Shown one piece after another: positions 13,258 to 25,779 of a stretch of DNA of 64,000 bases. Positions within the stretch are counted from its first letter, which is position 1; each line of letters begins with the position of its first letter. Origin of the DNA: Felis catus (lineage: Eukaryota); the NCBI RefSeq assembly GCF_018350175.1, contig NC_058368.1:143966001-144030000 (forward strand), in the 5' to 3' direction. The translations under genes were made by a program, and so were the position numbers. The notes under the pieces were generated by a model that saw only the letters and a program-made list of their open reading frames with translations, did not search any database and had not been told where the DNA came from.

Positions 13258-13636
13258 AGTTTATTTATTCTTTTTTTTAAAAAAAATTGTTTTAACCTTT
13301 ATTTTTGAGAGAAAGAGACAAAGCTCAAGCGGGGAAGGGTCAGAGAGAAGCCGACTCCAGGCTCTGAGCTGACCATGAGATCATGACCTGAGCCTAAGTT
13401 GGATGCTTAACCTTGGATGCTTAACCGACTGAGCCACACAGGTGCACCTATTCATTTTTAGAGAGAGAACAAGAAGGGGAGGGGAAGAGAGAGCGGGAGA
13501 GAGAGAGAATTCCAAGCAGGATCCGAGCAGTCAGTGCAGAGCTCCACGTGGGACTGAAACGCACAAATGGTGAGACTATGACCCCAGCTGAAACCAAGAA
13601 CTGGTTGCTCAACTGACTGAGCCACCTAGGTGCCCC
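13258..13636 (-). mobile_element. Nested CanSINEs
   Basis: Two SINE bodies; TSD tatt(c)…tttt around the inner copy. Followed by (TGAA)n at 13651-13690. Confidence 0.8.
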
Positions 13637-14058
13637 TAAAAATACATATATGAATGAATGAATGAATGAATGAGTGAATGAATGAATGAAAAGTAAATAC
13701 AGGAAAGAGACAGCTCTTCTTTACAATCAACAAATATAAAAGGAATGACAGAAATAGAAAATCACCTGTAGATCAATCACCACAGTAATAATTGTTGCAT
13801 GAAAAAACAAACTCTGTGCTCTAAAATTATACCAATAAGTAAAAGTTTGAAAACAAACAGAATACTTTCAGCATGTCAAAATATCTCTCCCAAGATGTTT
13901 GTTAATTACAATGGGAAAGAGTAACTTTATAATAAATCCAGCAGATATCACTTAATGAAGTGACTAGGGTTAACATCACCAGCAGCAAGACATATTGACA
14001 TCATGTGTACTTTGATATGATTTATGTTTTGTTAAGGCACACTGGTTTTAAATATATA

Positions 14059-14665
14059 TTTTTTAATGTTTATTTATTTTTGAAAGAGAGAGAAAGAGAG
14101 ATTGAGACAAAGCACAAGCGGGGGAGGGACAGAGAGAGAGGGAGACACAGAATCCAAAGCCGGCTCCAGGCTCTGAGCCATCAGCACAGAGCCTGACACA
14201 GGGCTCAAAACCCAAGAACCACAAGATCATGACATGAGCTGAAGGACACTTAACCAACTGAGACACCCAGGCACCCCAAGGCAAACTGGTTTTAAAGAGA
14301 GAGAAAATTTTATACAAGTTTTCTTCTAATATTTTAGAAATAGCTCCTGCTCTTCTTTTTAAATTTTTTTAAAATTTTAATTCCAGTAGAGTTAACATGG
14401 TGTTCCATTAGTTTCGGGTGTACAATATAGTGATTCAACAATTTCGTACATTACTCAGTGCTCATCTGGATAAGGGTACTCTTAATCCCTTTCACCTATT
14501 TCACCTATTCCCCTACCCACATCCCCTCCAGTAACCATTAGTTTGTTCTGTATAGTTAAGAATCTGTTTCTTTGTTTGTCTTTTTTTTCCCTTTGTTTTG
14601 TTTCTTAAATTCCACGTATGAGTGGAATCATATGGTATTTATCTTTCTCTGACTGACTTATTTTG
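14059..14665 (-). mobile_element. CanSINE (14059-14277) and an L1 3'-end fragment (14365-14665)
   Basis: SINE TSD gca(c/a)actggtttta. The L1 3'UTR text is of the same type as window bases 1-310. Confidence 0.85.
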
Positions 14666-15771
14666 GCATTTGTTTTTTAAAAGCCTTTAGGTTATTGGGA
14701 ACTTAGTGGACAGCAATTGTAAGACAGTCTAAATCTGTTTAATTTTCATAGTCACCCACTGAGAAAATGGGTCAATAAAAAAAAAAAGAAACCACTCTAG
14801 ATATCTTTCACCATCTCCAGTGAATTCAAATTTCAGTAAAATTAACAGAAATGTTATTTGAAATTCATTACACTTGTAAGAAGGAACGAAATATTTACAT
14901 CCTCTTTTGATGAAAAAAGAATGATCTTTAGTATCTTGAGCAAGCCACCTTCAAACTAGTTTCCATAAAAATTAAAGGCAAAAGTAATATCAGGTTTATG
15001 TCCAAAAGCATCAAAAAACCACAAAAACAAAAATAAAGACTACATATTTTTCAATTATCCATAAAACATAAATGAACATTGATAATTAGGCCAAAGAAAA
15101 AATATCAATTTCAAAAGATAGAAATATTTTATTTTCTGATTACAATGCAATAAAGCTAGAAATTAATGACCAAATCAGAAAAAAAATTCCTTTATTTTGA
15201 AGATTTAAAAATTGTCTTAAAAAATTTTTTTAATGTTTATTAAATTTTGAGAGACAGAGCATGAGTGGGAAGAGAGAGAGGAAGAATCCGAAGCAGGCTC
15301 CAGGCTTTGAGCTGTTAGCAGACAGCCTGACACAGGGCTCAAACCCACAAACCACGAGATCATGACCTGAGCCAGGGTCAGATGCTTAATTGACTAAGCC
15401 ACCCAGGCACCCTGATTTAAAGACTATCCTAAATGATGGTTTGAGTCAAAGGGGAAATACCAACAGAAGTTGGATCTTAAGAGGGAGAATGAAGGCCTAA
15501 GGGCAATTGCTAGCCTCTGGAATATCATTTTGTTTCCAGTTTATTTACTTTGAAAGACAGAGCAGGAGCAGCAGAGGCAGAGAGAGAGGGAGAGAGAGAG
15601 AGAATCCCAAGCAGGTTCTGCACTGTCAGCACAGAGCCTGATGCAGGGCTCAAACTCACGAACCATGAGATCATGACCTGAGCCGAAACCAGGAATTGGA
15701 CACAACCTACTGAGCCACCCAGGTGCCCCCTGTATGATATCATTGTATGAATTAGAAAAGGTGCTCCTTCT

Positions 15772-15833
15772 GGGTGTTGTATGGAAACCAATTTGACAAT
15801 AAATTTCATATATTGAAAAAAAAAAAAAAAAAG
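15772..15833 (+). mobile_element. Extremely 5'-truncated young felid L1 3' end (44 bp plus A-tail)
   Basis: gggtgttgtatggaaaccaatttgacAATAAAtttcatatattg(A)17 is flanked by a perfect 17-bp TSD gaaaaggtgctccttct (15755-15771, 15834-15850). Confidence 0.85.
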
Positions 15834-16465
15834 GAAAAGGTGCTCCTTCTTCAAGTAGAAAAGAAAGACCAACACTGCTGCATCTGTGGATGGTCATGAG
15901 GCAGTGTCTCAGAGCCCAACCGACTAGAGATGTGCATGAGGCTCGGGGAAATTAAAGTCAGAGTGAGTTGGTAGCTATGAAAGAAAAAAACATAAATTTC
16001 TTTCCCCTAATAAAATAAAACCCACCTACAAGAGCATGAATTTTCCCTTAAGACTGGATGCAAACTTCTAGTTAGTGAAGTGCTTGCTAGAAAGATTTTG
16101 AAGGTGAAGAGAAAGTCTCACATAAGGAATGTTTCTTTTGAATTTAATATTCTCAAGGTTCTGATTCCTAAGAACAAAAAGACAAGAATGCACCAGATTT
16201 AATCCATTTCAGTTACTTTTCTATAGCCCACTACAGGATCTAGTTGTTTCAGATGCTTTAGATAAATTATGCTATTTTTAGCAAGTTCTTGTGAAAAGTA
16301 ATGATCAAAGTTTTATATCACCTGTAAATGAATCAGGAACAAGTGTATAAGTCTGTCTTAAAGGATGCCTATTTTTGAAGCTAAGAAAAGTCCCAGTTTG
16401 TAATTATGTTAAGGAACCATTCAGATATTCTCTTTTTACTGCAGTGGATGTTTTTCTTTTCTTTC

Positions 16466-16765
16466 CTTTTTTTTTTTTTTTTTTGAGGGAGAGGGAGCAT
16501 GCCAGTGAGCAAAGGGCAGAGGAAGAGAGAGACGGGGGAGGTGGGGGGATGGGGAGCAGGGCTCATTTGATGCAGGGCTTGTGTTTACCTGAAGCAGGGC
16601 TCTTGCTCACCTGATGCAGGGCTTGTGCTCACCGCAAGCAGGGCTCAAGCTCACCTGAAGGGGGGGGCTCAAGTTCACTCATCGTGAGACCAGAACTCCC
16701 AAAAACATGAGATCATGGCCTGAGCCGATGTCAGATGCTTAACAACTGAGTCAGCCGGGTACCCC
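16466..16765 (-). mobile_element. CanSINE variant with an internal ~22-bp tandem array
   Basis: About 6 units of (t/a)gcagggct…ctcacctga at 16556-16681. Confidence 0.85.
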
Positions 16766-17365
16766 TGGAATATTTTTGAATGCAGCAATTCCATTTCTCG
16801 ATTTCTCTAAACTCACGAAGACATGCAGCACTTTTTGGGTTCTATTTTGTACGGACAGCTTTGTTTTATGGTAGTATCTCTCCTAGGAGCAATAAGGTTC
16901 CAAGGTGCTATGAAAGTCCATGGAGAAGTTTTCACACCATGCACTTAGATGGTAAAAAAAAAAAAAAACAAAACAAAAAACAAAACAACAACAACAACAA
17001 CAAAAAACAAACAAACAAACAAAAAACCATGCTGCAGTTGAGTTTGGGTTATAGGTAGTAGAGATGAGGTTGGGAGGTTATAGAATACAGTTAGAATGAG
17101 TTGAATAAAAACCTAGAAAAGTAGGGAATTTTGGAAAGGACTGGCATAAAGATCTTTCTGGGATGAGGAGTAGGTGTAACTCAAGATAGATTTTGATTCA
17201 TGAGTCATTGGGTATGGGGGTTAAGAAGTTTCTATTGTGACAAAAAGAAACAGAAGCTGGAGATAGGCCACAATAGTGCAGTGACAGAATAAAGACCTGG
17301 TTGCTAGGGTCAGGGAATGAACACTAGAAGCCTGGAGAAGGGGAGATGGACCCTAGCTCCTGGTC

Positions 17366-17392
17366 CCCTTACTCACCCTCCCTCTCCCCTAG
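17366..17392 (+). promoter_or_regulatory. Canonical-looking 3' splice acceptor upstream of the SPZ1 ATG
   Basis: Branch-like tactcac, then a pure pyrimidine tract cctccctctcccc, then TAG|G at 17390-17393. Confidence 0.45.
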
Positions 17393-17585
17393 GTCATCTG
17401 AGATGTCACCTTCCACTTAAACATCATCTCCCTGGTTTGAGACCTTAGCTCTGGTCTCTGGACTTCTGATTGGTTTTGTATTCCCTACCCATTTGCACAG
17501 AGGACCACCACCTTCCCTTCCTGGAATTTCTAAGGTTTTCTGCTTGCCACGTGCTGTAATCACCAGCCCTACTAACTCAGCTGAG

Positions 17586-18701
17586 ATGGAAGTGTCCGCC
17601 CTCTCCAAAACTCTTAAACCTACTCCTGATCTCAATCAAGAGTCCTTGGATCCTCGGATTATCATTGCCTTACTCGAAATTGGATCCCTTCCCCCTGTCT
17701 CCTGGGGTTCTCTCCCTTCCCTAAATAGTAGTGGTCATCAAGTAACTGAACAACAGACTGCACCAAAGTTTGAAAATCTCTTAAAAGAAATTAAAGACAT
17801 CATTAAAAGTGTCACAAGTTGTGGAGAGAAGATCACAGAAACAAAAGATTCTTTTGAGGAAACCAGTATTTCTGAGGATGTGTCAGAACTTAAAGAAAAA
17901 ATCAGAGAACTTGACAAGATAAATAAAGTGTTATTGAAAAACTTGCTTGGTAGTTCAGACCTAGAGAAAGAACAGAATGTAAAGAAACAGGAGATGATAT
18001 TGGAAAACCAGAATTCCAAGGACATGGTACAAACTTTTGGAAAGGATTTGGTAAGTCATTCAGAAGAAAACAGACCCCTTAATGAAACTCAATTAAGCAA
18101 GGAAAAAGCAAATTACAGACACCATCATATTCAAGAAGAAAACATCAAACTTAGGAGCAACATGGAGCAGTTACTACAGGAAGCTGAACACTGGAATGTG
18201 CAACATACTGAGCTTAGTGAACTAATAAGATCATATCAGAAATCTCAGAAAGACATACAAGAAACTCTTGAAAATAATGGAGTGCATTTCCAAACTCAAC
18301 CAAATAACGAGGTGTCAGCTAAGCATGAACTGGAGGAACAAGTGAAGAAACTGGAACATGACACATACTCATTGCATTTGATTGCAGCTTTGCTGGAAAA
18401 TGAATGTCAAATCTTACAGCAGAGAATAGAGTTTCTCAAGGAACTCCATCATCAGAAAGAGGGAACTTGGCGAGAAAGTCCAATTCAGATAAATTGTGAA
18501 CAAGACAAGAAAAAACAGAAACTATCAGAAACAGAGTATAAGGAAAAAATGCAAGGAAGAGATGGTACATCTCAGAAAAAACACAAAGTCTACAAAAGCC
18601 TGGATGCTTGTAGTAAGAAAGCACTTAATAACCTCTTCAATACCCATATTGCAAGAAGAGATCTTGTGGGAAAAAAGAGGCCATCCAGCAGCCTAACTTA
18701 G
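17586..18701 (+). CDS. SPZ1: Spermatogenic leucine zipper protein 1; single coding exon, 371 aa from the first true ATG
   Basis: Only long ORF in the window. The peptide (…SAEM…PTPDLNQESLDPRIIIALLEIGS…QVTEQQTAPKF…MEQLLQEAEHW…QTQPNNEVSAKHELEEQVKKL…ALLENECQILQQRIE) closely matches human SPZ1 as I recall it. The ORF-track start at 17493 is a TTG; the first ATG is at 17586 in strong Kozak context (GAGATGG). Confidence 0.95.
   Translation: MEVSALSKTLKPTPDLNQESLDPRIIIALLEIGSLPPVSWGSLPSLNSSGHQVTEQQTAPKFENLLKEIKDIIKSVTSCGEKITETKDSFEETSISEDVSELKEKIRELDKINKVLLKNLLGSSDLEKEQNVKKQEMILENQNSKDMVQTFGKDLVSHSEENRPLNETQLSKEKANYRHHHIQEENIKLRSNMEQLLQEAEHWNVQHTELSELIRSYQKSQKDIQETLENNGVHFQTQPNNEVSAKHELEEQVKKLEHDTYSLHLIAALLENECQILQQRIEFLKELHHQKEGTWRESPIQINCEQDKKKQKLSETEYKEKMQGRDGTSQKKHKVYKSLDACSKKALNNLFNTHIARRDLVGKKRPSSSLT
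18330..18437 (+). other. SPZ1: Leucine-zipper coding segment of SPZ1 (6 heptad leucines)
   Basis: LEEQVKK-LEHDTYS-LHLIAAL-LENECQI-LQQRIEF-L has Leu at every 7th residue. Confidence 0.9.
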
Positions 18702-18993
18702 AAAATACAAAATTAGAAGAAAAGACAGTTCTTCAAAAACTGTAATACATCAACTCCAGGCATAACCAATCAGCACACCTAGGATAGATCTGTTGGTTCA
18801 ACCAAGAGCAAGCTGTAGAACAAGAGGATTAACACGTTATTCATTACCTTAGTACTTACATGAGTTTGGTCTTTCGTGACCTTTATTGTCAACAACAAGT
18901 TCATAACCTGTCATACAATTTGCTTGTTTTGTTGTAGTTATTAGAGATTCTATGACCCGTTAACCAAGAAGGAGAAGTTATCAATCTAATCTA

Positions 18994-18999
18994 AATAAA
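18994..18999 (+). terminator. SPZ1: Probable SPZ1 polyadenylation signal
   Basis: AATAAA ~290 nt after the stop codon, followed ~22 nt later by a U-rich element (gtttttattttcttt, 19021-19035). Confidence 0.7.
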
Positions 19000-19479
19000 A
19001 ACAAGAATGAGCAATGAAAAGTTTTTATTTTCTTTAATCATTTACTGGGTAAGGGGAGTTTTCTTGGGAGAAAGTATATAACACTTTAATTGCGAACCTT
19101 TAAAGCTCACTTTTTAAAGGCATGTTTCCTTTTCTTATTATCTGTTGAAGTGTGGGAAGTAGTGAAGTAAAGAAGCAAAAAAAAAAAAAAAAAAATGCTG
19201 ATAAACCACCCCAGAACAGTTTCTCTCTTCTCGTAAATCTCCACATTCCCTAGCACTATTTTTTCTAATATTCCTCCCTTGATCCTCCACCAGTGAACAG
19301 TGGGCATACCAAGCAGCAGAGGCCTTAGGTGAAGGATACTTCAGTTGGTTTAGAAGAATAGATACATATCTGGATTTTGTTCTGTGCTGGCAAAATGCTT
19401 TCCACTCCTCCAGGTGGGGGCAGTAGAGTTACCCAGGGGAAAAAGCTGTATCTTCTATTAAGGGAGCTGGACTTCTGAT

Positions 19480-21185
19480 TCCAGGAAAAATAGAGCACAT
19501 GCATTTCTTCCTCTTCTATTAAGTATGCTAAAAACCCTGGACGTTATGTATAAAATGAACATATGAAGATTCTGAAATGGAAAGAATGAGATGGACTATC
19601 CAGAGACCCTGAGACTTAAGGAACAGCATGATATTGAATTTCCCGGGTTTTCTTTCTATCTCGTATATCCTGGAAAGAATGTTGGAGGAGCCACAACCCA
19701 GAAATGCCAATGTACTTACACACAAAAAAAATGTTCCCTTTGCCTGCTCTCCCTTGGCAAAGGATGAGGAGAGAGACAGTCTTGGACAGGAAAAGGAGGG
19801 GAAGGGGACTCTAGCCAAATTGCATGGAAAATGCCATGTCTCCACCCTCACCCCACCAGTAAATACTGGGTGGCAAACCTAGACTTTCACCTTTGCCTGG
19901 TGGTAATGGGGCACTCCTCCCCTTTTCTTCTGGGATGGTACAGAAGAAGCAGAGTGGGGACTCTGAAGTCCTACCTCCACTTCATGGTAACAACGTGGTC
20001 CTCCCCCACCCCCTCCTCCAGTGGATTAGAATGTCATGGAGGCCTTATGCTGCTTTTTTACGCAATTTCCCTGCTGGCACAGCATCAGAAGAGGCCTGCT
20101 AAAACAGAAGGTTTAATAAGATCCAGGGTGTCATAATAAAATGCTAGAATGTCCTGAATACATAGAAAAATCATTAATTATACCAAGAACCAGTAAAATC
20201 TCAATTTGAATGAAAAAAGACAACAGATGCCAACATTGGGATGACATAGATGTTGGAATTATCAGATAAGGATCTTAAAGCAGTCATTATAAAAATGTAT
20301 CACATTTGAACACATTTGAAACGAAAAAATGAAAAAATAGAAAGTCTCAACAAATAGAAAATATAAAGAAGAAACAAATGGAAATAGTTGTAAAATAAAC
20401 TCACTGGATGGGCTTAATAGTAGAAGTTGATGTCAGAGGAAAAATTCCATGAAACTGAGGATAAAATACCCATTGTGAACAATGGAGAAAACAGGCTGAA
20501 AAGAAGAGTTTCAAGAACCTGTGGAACAGTAACAGAAGATCTGACATTGGTGCCATCAGAGACACCTCCCAAAAGGGGCAGAATGTGACATGAAAAAGTA
20601 TTCAATGAATATACGGCTAAAAATCCTCCAAACTTAGTAAAAGGCATCAAGCCACAGATTCAAGAAACTGAGTGAACTCCAAATAGTATAAACTCAAAGA
20701 AGTTTGAGGCACTCAAATTTCCGAAACCTAAAAACAAAGTAAAAATCTCTCTCTTTTTTTTTTTTTTGTAATTTTTAAATGTTTATTTTTGAGAGAGAGA
20801 GAGAGCTGAGTAGGGAAGGGGGCAGAGAGAGAAGGAGACAGGGAATCTGCTGACAGTGCAGAGCCCACTCGGGGCTCGAACTCATGAATCCATGTGATCA
20901 TAACCTGAGCTGAAGTTGGCCACTCAACCAACTGAGCCACCCAAGCACCCCAAGACAAAGTAAAAATCTTAAATGCAATTAGAAAAGATTCATTAAACTT
21001 AGGGGACAATGATCCAAATGACAGTGAATTTCTCATCAGAAACCGTGGAGGCCAGAAGGAAATGAACATATTTCAAGAACTGAAAGAAATGTGACCCAAG
21101 AATTATTTACCCAGTGAAAATATCCTTCAGAAATGAAGATGGAATCAATACATTCTCAGAGGGTAACTGAAAGAATTTGTCACAA
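19480..21185 (+). mobile_element. Old L1M 5'/ORF1 region with a nested SINE (20754-20951)
   Basis: Degenerate ORF1 text (aaatgacagtgaatttctcatcagaaaccgtggaggccagaag; aagaattatttacccagtgaaaatatccttcag). Confidence 0.7.
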
Positions 21186-22599
21186 GGTCACATCTGTCTG
21201 AAAACAATTAGAAAATGAGATTTTTAACTGGGCGACCATGTTGCCCAGGCAGAAGGAAGAATTAATTTTGGAACCATGTGAAGTATTGAGAAAATATTTT
21301 TGTATTTCTACACAGGGATTTCTGGGAAAGTTTTGTGGAACCTTGAGATCTTGGACTAAAAGCCAGCTCTAGAAGATAATTCAGAAGACATGGATAATTA
21401 GAACTAAAAAGATGTAAGTTCGGGAAATGTGTGTTTTCTTTACAAGTTGGGATGAAGCGTGGGACTCCAGAGATATCTCTTGAGTTATAAAGCTGGAGAC
21501 ACTGGGCTTCTCTGGCCCCTGGAGAGGTTTATTTACATTATGAAAGGGTTAGAGAGAGTACAAGGATTCTTTACATCTTGTCTTCAAGGAGCAAAGTGTT
21601 TTTCCCCCTCTTCTAGAAGGGTAGGAAGACAGTTGCCTTCTTTCTTACATAAATGCCTAGATTCACTTTCTCCCTTACAGTACAGACCCTATTGCCTGTA
21701 GGGTGACATCTGGTTTTCATTGTATCTCTCCAGGGATAAGAATTAAAGCAGGGAACCAGCACAATTATTATAATGTAAGTAATAATAATCTGTCTCTCAT
21801 CCAAAAATGTCATGTGTATATTCAGGATTTTATAAAAATGAATGTGAAAAGCCCACAAAGACAATCACAATCTCCACCATAAATTCTATTATGAATGAAG
21901 CATAAGGAATAAGAATTTTTCATAAGTTGCAAGTACCGAATATACAATTTGGAATATTGCTTCCTACTCACAAATTTACAATCAAACAGTAGTTACTAAA
22001 AAACTCATATTTCCTTACATTTGACTTTCCTTCAAATGGAAACTATCATCTATACTATTCTGTTTTCCAACCATCTTGATTAATAAAATATGCAGTTCAT
22101 TTCCATACTTTACCAGATATATGGTTCATATTGCCAAAAAAGAAATTATTGCCGAAATAAATTATAGCTTTTTAATTAAGCTTCTAATACAGCAAGTAAT
22201 ATCTGCTATTTCAGACCTTCTAGATTTGGCATTAAATTTAACATTTTATATGTGTAAATGCAATTATTTTCCTACCACAATGTTGTATTTATTTTTTTGG
22301 TCCAAATCCAAAACATGCAAGTGAGAATTTCTAAAAGCAAGGCATTTTTATAGGCGTTTCATGTGGGTTCCAGTGGTAATGATCTATCTTATTCTTTCAA
22401 TCAATGTCAGATTTATTTGGAGACATCTCATGGCATTTTATATGTGGAAAGAACTTTAGGGCATCACTTGTTGGCAGGGAAAAGCCAACGTGTGAAATCA
22501 GTTAAAATCTTGGACAAGAATCGGTACTGACCTAGTCCAGAGTTGTTTCACACTGTATTTTCTCATACCTGAGAATCAAATGGCAATAAATATCAAGCT

Positions 22600-22936
22600 A
22601 CAGAACTTTAAAATTTTCTTTCTTTTTCTTTTTCTTTTTTTTTTTTTTTTTTTTTTTTGGAGTCAGAAAGCATGAGTGAGGGAGGAGGGGCAGAGGGAGA
22701 GAGAAAATCTTAAGCAGGCTCCATGCTCAGTGCAGAGCCAGATGTTGGGCTTCATCCCACTACCCTGGGATCATGACCTGAGCTGAAATCAAGAGTTCGA
22801 CAGTCAACCAACTGAGCCACCCCGGTCCCTGTAAAAGTGTTTCTATTGCCCTAAATTCTCTCTGAAATTTGGTATTGTCAGACTTTTTTTGTCTTTTTAA
22901 AAAAATCTTAAAATTTTTTTTTAATGTTTATTCATT

Positions 22937-22987
<51 letters not shown>

Positions 22988-24588
22988 TAGCATGACCAGG
23001 GGAGGGGCAGAGAGAAAGGGAGACACAAATACCAAGCAGGATCCAGGCTCTGAGCTGTCAGCACAGAACGTGATACGGGGCTTGAACTCTCAAACTTTGA
23101 GATCATGACCTGAGCCCGAGTCAGATGCTTAACTGACTGAGCCATCTAGGTGCCCCCAGAATCTTTTTTATTGCTCCTGGCTGGCTCAGTCCATAGAATA
23201 GGCAACTCTTCTTGATCTTGAGGTTCAAGCCCCATGTTGCATGTAGAGCCTAGTTAAAAAAAAGAGTCATTTTACTTTTTATTAATATTATTAGGGGGTC
23301 ACACTTTTTGGGAGGGGTCAGACTTTTAAAAAAATATTTATTTATTTTTGGGAGAATGCAAGTGGGGGAGGGGCAGAGAGATGGGGACAGAGGATTGAAG
23401 TGGGCCCTGTGCTAACAGCCTGACAGCAGTGAGCCTGATGTGGGGCTTGAACTCAAGAACCTTGAGATCATGCCCTGAGCCAAAGTTGGATGCTCAACCG
23501 ACTGAATCACCCAGATGCCCAAGGTGGGGGTCAGACTTTTTAATTTGGTGGTTGTGTAATAGTACCTCATGGTAGCTTTAAATTGTATTTCCTTGATTAT
23601 GGAGTTTAGTCAAATTTTTATATTTTTGGGCCATTTTAGGTTTTTTGGAGAGAGAAAGAGCATGTGTATGCACGCACACACACACAAATGCGGGAGTGGC
23701 AGAGAGAGAGAATCCCAAGCAGGCTTCTCACTGTCACACAGAACCTGACTTGGGCCTTGACCTCACGAACTATGAGACCCTGGCCTGAGCTGAAATCCAG
23801 AGCTGCATCCTTAACCGACTGGGCCATGCAGGTGCCTCCCAAGTATTAATTATAGGAGTTCTTTATATATTTTGAACACCAGTCCTGTGATAGTTATGAG
23901 TTGCTAATATTGTCTCCCATTCTATGGTTTGTCTTTTTTTTTTTTTTTTTTTTTTTGTTCTTTATAGTATCCTTTAGTATACAGAAGTTTAGTTTCAGTG
24001 TAGGCTAATTTATTAAACTTTTCCCTTTTAATTATAGTTTGTTTAAGAAACCTTTACCTAGATCACGAATAAAAGTCTTCAAAAGTCCTTTTCATATTTT
24101 GTCTTTCATACTTATTTTTTTAATCTTTCTGGAATGGATCCAGAGAGATTTATCAAGATATTTATGTTAGTTTTCCAAGGGTTCTGCAATTATGGATGTT
24201 TTCATGTCCTTTTATTATTTTTTTTTTTACTATTTTTTTAAAAGTTTATTTATTATTGAGAGACAGAGAGACACAGAGCAGGAGAGGGGCCAAGAGATGG
24301 AGAGACACAGAATCTGAAGCAGGCTCCAGGCTCTGAGCTGCCAGCACAAAGCCCAACACAGGGCTCAAATTCACGAACCACGAGATCATGACCTGAGCCA
24401 AAGTCGGACGCTTAACCGACTGAGCCACCCAGGTGCCCCTTCATGTCCTTTTAGCATGTCTGTGCTTTCTGAGCACTTTTTAACCTTTCTTTTCTTTTTT
24501 TATTTCTTTTTTTTTTTAAGTGCCCTAGAGTGGCTTCTACTTAATCCATCCCAGCTCACTTTTTTTTTTAAATGTTTATTTATTTATT

Positions 24589-24625
<37 letters not shown>

Positions 24626-24791
24626 CAGAGCACAAGCAGAGGAGGGGCAGAGGGAAACACAGAATCTGAAGCAGGCTCCGGGCTCTGAACTGTCAGCACA
24701 GAGCCTGACGTGGGGCTAAAATTCCACCAACCATGAAATCATGACCTGAGCTGAGTCGGACCCTTAACCGACTGAGCCACTCAGGTGCCCC
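22600..24791 (-). mobile_element. Dense cluster of about 7 CanSINEs within old L1 remnants
   Basis: Repeated SINE bodies at ~22620, 22910, 23175(+), 23335, 23640, 24215 and 24559. Confidence 0.85.
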
Positions 24792-25779
24792 TTAACCTTT
24801 CTAATAAGAAAAAATATGAGAAGCTTTATATTAAAAAAAAAATAAGGATGGTATAATGGGAGAAGAATTACACAAAGAAGGAGGTGATTCTGTGTCCTAA
24901 CTTGTCTGAATCCTAATTATTTCTTTTGCAAGATGAAGATAGTAACTTTCTTTTGGACCAATGACTAATGGTCAATGATGCCCTGTCTCTCTCTCAGCTA
25001 AGGTCTTATTGTTCTCTGGGGTATAAAAACAGATATGATGAAAGAATTAGAAACTAATTAGAAGCAAGCATGGCCAAAAAGGAAAGAAACAATAGGCACA
25101 CAAGATGTCCAGAATTTGAGGTCATCGACAATTTTTTTTTATTGTATTTTAAGTCCAGTTAGTTAACATACAGTGTTATATTAGTTTCAGACATACAATA
25201 TAGTGATTCAAAGAGGTCATTGATATTTTCCAAGGTAAAAGAAAGATATTACACAAAGGAGAAAGTAACCAGATCAAAGTGAAGTAAAAAAGTGGATTTA
25301 TCGTCATCATCATCACATTGGCATTTTTATTATTATTTTCATATTTTTCCACAAACCTGATTGAGGTAGAAAATTATTATTGTTATTATTATTATCCATT
25401 ATTATAAGTAGGCTCCACGCCCAACATTGAGCTTGAACCCACCACCCTGAGATCAAGCATACTCTATATGCTGAGCCAGACAGGCGCCCCTACAAAATTA
25501 TTTTTAAAATATTTCTTACCATAAATAAAGGCCTCAGGCAAAGATTCATCATCAGAGTGTCACAGTCAGTTGAGACTTTGGTTTTATTTTATTTTTTCTA
25601 ACAATTACATCGTTTTCCAGAGGAAACTGCCAACTACTAATCCATATTTAATTAAATCTTCTCTCACAGGGAGGTATACATCATTTTAGTTGGCACTGGT
25701 GTGTTATAAAGCTTCATTTTATGAGGAACTTAATGCTGTGGTTTGCGTTCTGTTTTGATTGTAAGATTTTTTTTTTCTT

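Noticed and set aside
16556..16681. CRISPR-like repeat array
   Set aside because: Contiguous tandem units without unique spacers, inside a mammalian SINE.
17493..17585. 31-codon N-terminal extension of SPZ1 in the ORF track
   Set aside because: It starts at TTG, not ATG; the first ATG with a good Kozak context is at 17586.
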